Assembly (NCBI GenBank): GCA_942492095.1
Contig: CALODC010000009.1
Coordinates: 45,066-109,065 of the forward strand
Reading direction: 5' to 3'
From: an uncultured Flavobacteriaceae bacterium
GTDB taxonomy: Bacteria > Bacteroidota > Bacteroidia > Flavobacteriales > Flavobacteriaceae
Length of the DNA stretch: 64,000 nucleotides
Made by a program: the position numbers and the translations under genes. The notes beneath the pieces are model-generated. The model made no database searches, had not been told where the DNA came from, and saw nothing but the letters and a program-made list of their open reading frames with translations. Positions 9,549-17,572 of this stretch are shown in pieces. Every line of letters begins with the position of its first letter. Positions within the stretch are counted from its first letter, which is position 1.

Positions 9549-10640
9549 ATGGGTTTTATAGAATATTTAAGGCAACTTATCACCCCTGCTGTTTTGGGCG
9601 AGGCAGCCGGTAAAACAATGGCCATAAAACAAATTGATGCGCGTTTCCGGACATTAATAGACAGTGGCAGTCTGCCTGGTTTATCGGTCACCGTACTTAA
9701 AAAAGGAAGAAAGGTCTTCCAAAAAGGTTATGGCTATGCCGATATAGATCGCAAAATAGCAGTAGACCCCTGCAAGACACAATTTAGGATCGCCAGCGCC
9801 TCCAAGCCAATTGCTGCTATGGCTTTAGCCAAAATGGTTGCAGAAAAAAAAATAGATCTGGATACTTCCTTCTACAATTACATCCCTTATTTTCCAAAAA
9901 AGAAATACGATTTCACTATTCGTCAACTGGCTTCTCATACGGCCGGTATCCGTGGGTATAGGGGGAAGGAATATGCTTTGAACAAGCCTTTTTCCATCAA
10001 AGAGAGTTTACAGATTTTCCAGGATGATCCCTTAGAATTTTCGCCGGGAACAGATTATTTGTATACCAGTTTTGATTGGGTGCTGCTCTCTCTTGCCATA
10101 GAAGAGGTAAGTGGAATGCCGTTTTCAGAATACGTGAGAAAAGGAGTGTTGGATCCTTTAGGGATGCATGCTACCCAGGCAGAATTTCCTGGAGTTGTTA
10201 AGAAGAGCATCGCAACGCCCTATACCGGGAGGAGATCCGGTTTTCGAAAAGCAATTCCGGTAGACAATCAATACAAATTGGCAGGGGGGGGCTACCTGTC
10301 TACTTCAAAAGACCTTGCCAAATTGGGTAAGGCGTTCCTGGACTATAGCCTTGTTTCCAAGGAGGTGCTTCAAGAATTTCTGTCACCTCAATATGTAAAA
10401 GGTAAATCTACCTACTATGGATTGGGATGCCAGGTAAGTGAAGATTCCAACGGTCGGCCATTCATAGGACATGTGGGCAATGGAATAGGTGGTTATAGCA
10501 ATTTTTTTGTGTATCCCAAGGAGGAGGTTGTCATAGCCCTTTTGGTCAATTGTACAGATCCCAAGATACAGCTGGTATTAGAAAGGGAATTATATCCCAA
10601 ACTATTAGAATTCATTTCTGTTTCAGAAGGAATTTGTTAG
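9549..10640 (+). CDS. Serine hydrolase, beta-lactamase (class C/PBP4-like) family
   Basis: SxxK motif in RIASASKPIAAMA. Typical beta-lactamase-fold length. The start is uncertain (alternative Met at 9618). Confidence 0.75.
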   Translation: MGFIEYLRQLITPAVLGEAAGKTMAIKQIDARFRTLIDSGSLPGLSVTVLKKGRKVFQKGYGYADIDRKIAVDPCKTQFRIASASKPIAAMALAKMVAEKKIDLDTSFYNYIPYFPKKKYDFTIRQLASHTAGIRGYRGKEYALNKPFSIKESLQIFQDDPLEFSPGTDYLYTSFDWVLLSLAIEEVSGMPFSEYVRKGVLDPLGMHATQAEFPGVVKKSIATPYTGRRSGFRKAIPVDNQYKLAGGGYLSTSKDLAKLGKAFLDYSLVSKEVLQEFLSPQYVKGKSTYYGLGCQVSEDSNGRPFIGHVGNGIGGYSNFFVYPKEEVVIALLVNCTDPKIQLVLERELYPKLLEFISVSEGIC

Positions 10641-10766
10641 TCAAAAGTATTTTTGAACACAAAATTTGCTAATTCCAGGTAGCTTTAGAAATAATAAAAA
10701 AAATGATTGTAACAAATCTTGTATTTTTGATACTCATGCAATAATGTAACTCACAAAAAAATAAAA

Positions 10767-11540
10767 ATGAAAACAATAAAATTGATTCTTGTTCTAGCTA
10801 TTTTGGCCTCTCCTTTATTTTCAAAAGCTCAGACAGCTGATGAAATTATCGAAAACTATTTTGAAAACATCGGTGGGATGGATAATTTCAAAGCCCTTGA
10901 AGGTGTAAAAATGATAGCAAAAGTTAACCAACAGGGAATGGAAATTCCTTTGGAGATTATTCAACTAAAGGACGGTAGACAGATGACCATTATAAACTTC
11001 CAGGGAAAGCAAATTATGCAGGGGGTGTTTGATGGGGAAACGCTTTGGAGTCACAATTTCATGACAATGAAAGCCGAAAAGAGCGATGCAGAAACTACTG
11101 AGAATTTTAAACTCAATACCAACGATTTTCCAGATTCTTTTATAGACTATAGAGAAAAGGGCTACACGGTGGAGTTAATGGGGAATGAAACTATAGATGG
11201 TACGGAGACCTTTAAAATTAAGTTGGTCAAAGAACCTATCACTGTGGATGGAAATAAGGAAGAAGATATAAGTTACTACTTTTTCGATACCGAAAATTTT
11301 GTGCCTATTGCAGTCCAGTCCGAGATCAAATCAGGTCAGGCGAAAGGGATGATTCAGGAAATAACCATGAGTGATTATCAGGAAATAGAAGGACTTTATT
11401 TTCCTTACTCTATGACACAGGGAATAAAAGACGGGGCCTCTAATCCACTTACCATAGAAAGTATAGAGCTAAATCCGATTGTAGACGGAGCCGCTTTTGT
11501 TTTTCCAAAAGAAACGGTAACTGAAGAAGATAAAAAATAA
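10767..11540 (+). CDS. LolA-like outer-membrane lipoprotein-sorting family protein (secreted)
   Basis: Signal peptide ending SKAQ, then TADEIIENYFENIGG...FKIKLVKEP, a pattern seen in flavobacterial LolA-fold proteins. Family assignment is from memory only. Confidence 0.55.
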   Translation: MKTIKLILVLAILASPLFSKAQTADEIIENYFENIGGMDNFKALEGVKMIAKVNQQGMEIPLEIIQLKDGRQMTIINFQGKQIMQGVFDGETLWSHNFMTMKAEKSDAETTENFKLNTNDFPDSFIDYREKGYTVELMGNETIDGTETFKIKLVKEPITVDGNKEEDISYYFFDTENFVPIAVQSEIKSGQAKGMIQEITMSDYQEIEGLYFPYSMTQGIKDGASNPLTIESIELNPIVDGAAFVFPKETVTEEDKK

Positions 11541-11552
11541 TCTTTCTAACCA

Positions 11553-11582
11553 AAGGGTCCTTGCAAGAGGATCCTTTTTTTT
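11553..11582 (+). terminator. Rho-independent terminator
   Basis: AAGGGTCC (11553-11560) / GGATCCTT (11569-11576), an 8-bp stem with one G-U pair, followed by a T-run to 11582. Confidence 0.6.
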
Positions 11583-11596
11583 AATCAATTTGTCAT

Positions 11597-14555
11597 ATGA
11601 AACATTTTTTTAATGCCATAATCGCCTTGGCGCTTTGGTTCCCTCTTACAGGCTATGGACAGCAAACCAAGGCAATTAAAGGGAAGGAATTGTTTGGCGA
11701 CATAACAGCAAGACACATTGGCCCTGCTCTGATGAGTGGGCGGATCAATGACCTTGAGGTTCATCCAACTAATAGCCGAATTATCTACGCTGGTGCAGCC
11801 GGTGGAGGAGTCTGGAAATCGAACGATGCCGGCACCACCTTTAACCCCATTTTCGATGAATATTGCCAGTCCATTGGAGCTGTAGCACTAGATCCGAGTG
11901 ATCCGGACAATACTATCTATGTGGGAACAGGAGAGACCTGGACTCGCAATAGCGTAACCATTGGAGACGGGCTATACCGATCTAAAGACGGAGGTTCGAA
12001 CTGGGAAAAAATAGGCCTTGAAAAATCAGAACGAATCGCGAATGTAATTGTGAACCCAACCAATCCCAATGAGATCTTCGTTGCCGTACTTGGTGCCCTA
12101 TGGGGAGATAGTGAAGAACGGGGGGTTTACAGATCAGAAGATGGGGGAGCCAGTTGGGAGAAGGTTCTCTATGTAGATCAGAAGACGGGTTGTGCAGACC
12201 TTGCGATGGATCCAACTGATCCTAATACACTATACGCCTCTATGTGGGAATTTCGCAGGACCGGCTGGTCATTTATGTCAGGGGGAAGCAACAGTGCTTT
12301 GTATAAATCAACAAATGGGGGACCAGTTGGAAAAGGATTCATAATGGTTTTCCGGAAGGAGACCTGGGCCGATTGGGTATAGCAGTAGCCCCTTCAAATC
12401 CCAAAGTACTTTATACGGTTATCGAAGCAGAAAAAGACGAACGTAAAGGACTCTACAGAAGTGATGATGCCGGAGAAAACTGGAAACAACTTAACAATGA
12501 TTTCGGGATTACGGTAAGACCTTTTTATTTTTCCCGAATTGTAGTAGATCCAAAAGATGAGAATGTTATAGTAAAAGGAGGACTTAGCGGCTCTATTTCC
12601 AGAGATGGAGGCAAGACCTTTAAGGACCTGGGGAACATGCACAGTGATATACATGATATTGCCTTCAGTATTCTTGACTCAGACATTATGTTTGCAGGGA
12701 CCGATGGTGGTGTCTACCGCAGTTGGAACGGCTGCACCACTAAGGAAATAGTTGAGAACCTGCCCTTGTCCCAATTCTATCACATAAGTGTGGACAACGA
12801 AGAGCCTTATAATGTTTATGGCGGACTTCAGGATAACGGGTCTTGGTATGGCCCATCTTCTTCCCCCGGAGGTGTTGAGGCAAGAGACTGGAATTCCATT
12901 GGTGCAGGAGATGGATTTAGAGTGTTAAAGCATCCCACTAAGAAAATTATTTATTCCGAAATGCAGGGAGCCGAAAATGTTTGGCGCATTGATGTAGACA
13001 GAAGACTTAGCAAGACCATTCAACCCCAACCTTCAAAAGGAACGCCTAAATTGAGATTCAATTGGAATGCACCCATGGCGATTAGTGAACACCAACCAGA
13101 TCGTTTTTATATGGGCAGCCAATTTCTTCACAAGTCTGAAGATATGGGCGATACCTGGGAGATTATTTCCCCTGACCTAACGACAAATGATCCTTCAAAA
13201 CAGAATCAGGAAGACTCAGGAGGCTTGTCCAAGGATAACTCCGGCGCAGAGAATCATACTACCATATTCACAATCGCTGAGTCGCCCTTAGATGAAAATG
13301 TCATCTGGGTAGGAACAGATGATGGCAATGTGCAACTTACACGCGACGGGGGAAAGACTTGGTCTAATACCGTGGCAAATATTTCCGGACTACCAAAAAA
13401 CACCTGGTGTTACCATATTGAGGCAAGTGTTTTTGATAAGGGCACAGCGTATGCAGACTTCGATGGTCATACAATGAATGACATGAAACCATATGCATAT
13501 AAAACGACAGACTATGGAAAAACGTGGACCAATATCATAACTTCCGAAGTAGATGGCTTTGTGAGGAACATTCAGGAAGACTACCTTAATCCAAACTTAC
13601 TTTTTCTCGGTACCGAATTTGGTCTGTACATTACGTGGACGGTGGGCAAAGCTGGAGTAAGTTCACCAATAATATGCCTGCCGTAGCTGTACATTTTATT
13701 GCTCTGCAAAAGAAGACAAATGATCTGGTACTGGGAACCCATGGTCGTGGTGTAATAATTCTTGATGATATTTCACCTTTGAGGGAGATAAACGAGGAGG
13801 TATTGGGAAAGACACTACATTTCTTTAGTAACGAGCCTACGATTATTAACGAAAAGAGTTCTTTCGGGGGAAATTTTGGCGCGGAGACCCAATTTGTGGG
13901 AGGAAATAAAACCAATGATGTGCAGATTAAGTATTATCTGAGTAAAGGAACTTTCGGGAGATGACCATGAGATCCAGACATGGATGGCAACACAATTGTA
14001 GAATTGGGACCGGAATCTAAAGGTATAATATTGTGAATTGGGGCTAACCCGTAAACAACCCAAAGTGGCAAGGGGAAGACTTTTAGTTTTGGGGGCTTCA
14101 CCTCTCCTCAGGTACCTGCTGGAACCTACAAGGCCGTAATCACCAAAGGCAAGGAAACGTTTGAACATCCTTTTGAATTGATTTATGATGCACAGTCTCC
14201 TTTAACGCCAACGGACAGAGAACTTAGGAACCGCTTACGATGCAGTTATATGATATGACTCAGGAACTGGCTATTTGGTATTAATAGATGAGCGATAACA
14301 GAAATAGCAAAAAAATCAAGATTAGTGAACTCAACGATTGAAAACATGGTGATTACCGCGGGGTAATTATGTTGGTCGAACACAGCGTGAATAAAATTGC
14401 AGTAGTTATGACAAGCTTGGCCAGACGAGAATTTAGGTCTTATATCGGAACGCTTTGTGAAAGCAAAGGAAGATTTGGAACGTATCAAGAAAAAAATTAA
14501 AGATCTGGAGACGATAGAACTCATGAACTTTAATGAATTCCTTGAGGCCAAATAA
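11597..14555 (+). pseudogene. BNR (Asp-box) / sortilin-Vps10-like repeat protein, disrupted by many single-base frameshifts
   Basis: ORFs 11597..12382, 12373..13686, 13635..13964 and further fragments join into one protein of about 985-990 codons. It carries repeated SxDxGxTW boxes (SNDAGTTF, SKDGGSNW, SEDGGASW, SDDAGENW, SRDGGKTF, SEDMGDTW, TRDGGKTW, TDYGKTW). Frame switches are needed at about 12317, 13632, 13959, 13970, 13978, 14028, 14042, 14075, 14230 and more before the TAA at 14553-14555. Confidence 0.75.
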
Positions 14556-14581
14556 GCTAACATATATTTTAAGACTCAATG

Positions 14582-14611
14582 TACCACCGCTTTAAGCGGT
14601 GGTATCTTTTT
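14582..14611 (+). terminator. Rho-independent terminator
   Basis: TACCACCGC (14582-14590) / GCGGTGGTA (14596-14604), a perfect 9-bp stem with loop TTTAA, then TCTTTTT. Confidence 0.7.
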
Positions 14612-15101
14612 AAAATAGCTAGGGTATACAAATAGGTAAATAGCCTGGCTAAGAGAGCTGACTATTTTCATAGTTTATAAGATCTACAGCAGGTATTTCT
14701 GAGGTATAAATTCTTAGCAATGGCTTAAAGAAAGGACTATAGGCGTAATTTGGTGATAGGAGGAACAACGATGATTGGTTTGGGGGTTGGATTCGTTTTT
14801 CTTCAGACTTCGGCCCACATCTTTGTGGCATGTGTCTTAAAGGTATTGCCCTCGGAGTAGTATTGGTGAAGGACAGATAAGTAAAGTTCTAAGTTAGGTG
14901 TTTATACATTTACCTTAAAACTCTCAAAATTAAATCAGAGATTACTAAGACCATTTGTGAAAGTTACTCACAAACTTCTCTTAAATTCAATTCTTCATCA
15001 GAATTTATTACATTTAATTCAATTTGATTGCTTTGGGTAATTCAGGAAGTCACGGCACTTAATCTAATCTCAATCATTTACTGGGACTAAATAGAGAAGT
15101 T

Positions 15102-16439
15102 ATGAAAAGAAGAGAATTTTTGAAGAATACGGCGGTGGCCTCCTCGGTCTCCCTGTTACCTTCCACTATGTGGGGAATACATCAGGATAAAAAATTGCGC
15201 ACTGCCCATATTGGGGTTGGGGGAATGGGGGCAGAAGATCTGAAATCTGTTTCCTCGCATCAGAAAGTAGAGGTGGTTGCTCTCTGCGATGTAGACTCCA
15301 ACAATTTAGAAGCAGCCAAACTTCTTCATCCAAATGCCAGGATTTTTGCGGATTACCGAATGCTCTTTTCAGAAATGGCAAATGAGATAGACGCAGTGAT
15401 CGTCTCCACGCCAGATCATACACATGCACCTGCTTCCATGCTGGCCATGCAATTAAATAAACCTGTTTATTGCCAGAAGCCACTGGCCCATCATGTATCA
15501 GAAGTGAGAGCTATGCGAAAGCTTGCTGAGGAGAAAAATCTGATCACTCAGATGGGGATACAGGTTCATTCATTTTACGATTATAAATTAGCAACATTAC
15601 TGATACAATCCGGAATTATTGGGAAGGTTTCCTGTGTACGGGCATGGTCTCCCAAGAATTGGGGTTACGATGGACCGGCACCCACAGGAACCGATCCTAT
15701 CCCTGCTAATCTGGACTGGAATTTATGGTTGGGCACTTCGGCAACCCGGCCCTACAAAGATCAGGTTTACCATCCTGCCAACTGGCGAAAATTGTTAGAT
15801 TTTGGCTGTGGTACCCTGGGAGATATGGGGGTACATATTTTTGATACGCCTTATAATGCTCTACAGCTAGATGTGCCTTTTACAGTTAAGAACAAATGCC
15901 GTAGACCTAATGGGTTTGGGTATCCTGAGAAAAATACAGTCACCTATGAATTTCCCGCTACGCCCTATACGACTGAGACTTTGAAATGGGTATGGTACGA
16001 CGGGAAAGGAGCCCCAGCAATGCATAAAGATTTAAAATTACCCAACAACGAAAAACTCCCACTACAAGGAGCCATGTTTATTGGTGAAAAAGGAAGATTA
16101 CTTTTGCCCCATTTTATGGAGTTGCCCAGACTTATTGTAGACGGTGAATACAAAGAAATAGACATAAGTCCGTTTGAACAATCTGGCCAAATAGGGGAAC
16201 CAGTCAGAGACTACGATTTGGAAGGGCATAAGCACTATCACCAGTTTGTGGACGCCTGTTTGGGAACTGATACGTGTACAGCACCGTTTTCGTATGCTGC
16301 CCGTCTAACAGAAACCATACTATTGGGAGTCATTGCGGGCCAATTTCCGAACAAAAAATTACACTGGGATGATACAACAGCCCAGTTTAAGGAAGCAAAA
16401 GCCAACAAATATCTGGCAGGGAATTATCGCGATTTTTAG
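15102..16439 (+). CDS. Gfo/Idh/MocA-family oxidoreductase with twin-arginine (Tat) signal
   Basis: MKRREFLKNTAVASS Tat motif. Rossmann start LRTAHIGVGGMGAED. EKPLA-like motif in CQKPLAHH. Confidence 0.85.
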   Translation: MKRREFLKNTAVASSVSLLPSTMWGIHQDKKLRTAHIGVGGMGAEDLKSVSSHQKVEVVALCDVDSNNLEAAKLLHPNARIFADYRMLFSEMANEIDAVIVSTPDHTHAPASMLAMQLNKPVYCQKPLAHHVSEVRAMRKLAEEKNLITQMGIQVHSFYDYKLATLLIQSGIIGKVSCVRAWSPKNWGYDGPAPTGTDPIPANLDWNLWLGTSATRPYKDQVYHPANWRKLLDFGCGTLGDMGVHIFDTPYNALQLDVPFTVKNKCRRPNGFGYPEKNTVTYEFPATPYTTETLKWVWYDGKGAPAMHKDLKLPNNEKLPLQGAMFIGEKGRLLLPHFMELPRLIVDGEYKEIDISPFEQSGQIGEPVRDYDLEGHKHYHQFVDACLGTDTCTAPFSYAARLTETILLGVIAGQFPNKKLHWDDTTAQFKEAKANKYLAGNYRDF

Positions 16440-16680
16440 TGAGAAGTTTATATTTTTTACTCTATTAGTTTCGGGTTTATACCTAAATCGTCCAATCTTT
16501 TTTTCGTAGATTTAATATAGGAAATTAGGTAGCCCCGTAATGGTTTCTATAAATGTTGTTTAATAGAAAATGGATCATATCATGAATTTTTGGCTGATCT
16601 TTTTTCATTTCAGGCAACTTAACAGGTATTCGGGAATTTTACCTAGAGAGTTTATTAGTTGGTTTTAAAATACTAGGCAC

Positions 16681-17058
16681 ATGCCATTTCGCACTATTTG
16701 GGAGAACGAAGGAATCAAATGGGAGTTTCACGACTTTGTGACTGCTCAAGAAATATGGGAAGCCAATAAGATATTCTTTAACGACCACCGGGCTAAAACA
16801 GCCAAGTACCAGCTTGTTCATACCCTGGAAACCACAGGTGTGGAATGGGATCCTTTAAGTATAGTAGATGTTTCAGTCAATGATGTGGCCGCCAGTAGAA
16901 CCCTGCAAAGATTAAAGATGGCATACATTACCAATAATGAAAAGATTAGAAATAAGATTGAAAAATACGTGGAGGTCTCCCGGAACTTAAATACAAATTG
17001 GCATTTTCGTGGATTTGAAAGTGAAGAGGAAGCCAGGCTGTGGCTTAATGGCACCTAA
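16681..17058 (+). CDS. Hypothetical protein (125 aa)
   Basis: Clean ORF starting at an ATG, with no recognisable motif. Confidence 0.45.
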   Translation: MPFRTIWENEGIKWEFHDFVTAQEIWEANKIFFNDHRAKTAKYQLVHTLETTGVEWDPLSIVDVSVNDVAASRTLQRLKMAYITNNEKIRNKIEKYVEVSRNLNTNWHFRGFESEEEARLWLNGT

Positions 17059-17098
17059 CTTCAATATTTTTTTAATGGGGTTAAATGAATTTCAACAG

Positions 17099-17553
17099 AT
17101 GAAGATTTCAAATTATATCATTGCCGTTTCCTAATTATTGTAACCATCTCCTGTTTAACCAAACCAGGTGAGGCTACCCTTTAGCGCTGGAAGAATGAGA
17201 TCCCTGAAACTGAACAGCATTTTGCAGAAATAGCACAAGAGAAAGGTATTCCCACGGCTTTTTTATACTATGCCGCAGAGGATGCAGTTTTAATGAGAAA
17301 TAATTCGCTTATTATTGGCAAAACGGCCATCGTCCAACAGTTTGAAGATCAAAAGTCATCAGGGAACTCTGCTAGCCTAAGCTGGAAGCCAGATTTTGTA
17401 GATGTTTCTAACTTTTGAGATTTAGAGTATACCTATGGAACCTTTGTGTATACCTCTCAAGATTCTACAGGACATGCTAATAACATTGAGGGGGTATTTC
17501 ATACGGTATGGAAAAGACAAGCGGATGGTAGCTGGCGCTTTGTTTGGGATTAA
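17099..17553 (+). pseudogene. NTF2-fold / DUF4440 (SnoaL-like) lipoprotein gene, decayed
   Basis: Start MKISNYIIAV, then a frameshift near 17130. In-frame TAG at 17182-17184 and TGA at 17416-17418 (VSNF*DLEYTYG, where the family has SGDLxYTYG). Otherwise a continuous DUF4440-like sequence ending HTVWKRQADGSWRFVWD*. Confidence 0.6.
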
Positions 17554-17572
17554 AAGGACATAGATCTTAACC

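Noticed and set aside
14649-14831. 60-aa minus-strand ORF in the long gap after the BNR pseudogene
   Set aside because: Proline/serine-rich low-complexity translation with no start context or motif. It overlaps the more plausible small plus-strand ORF. Treated as noise.
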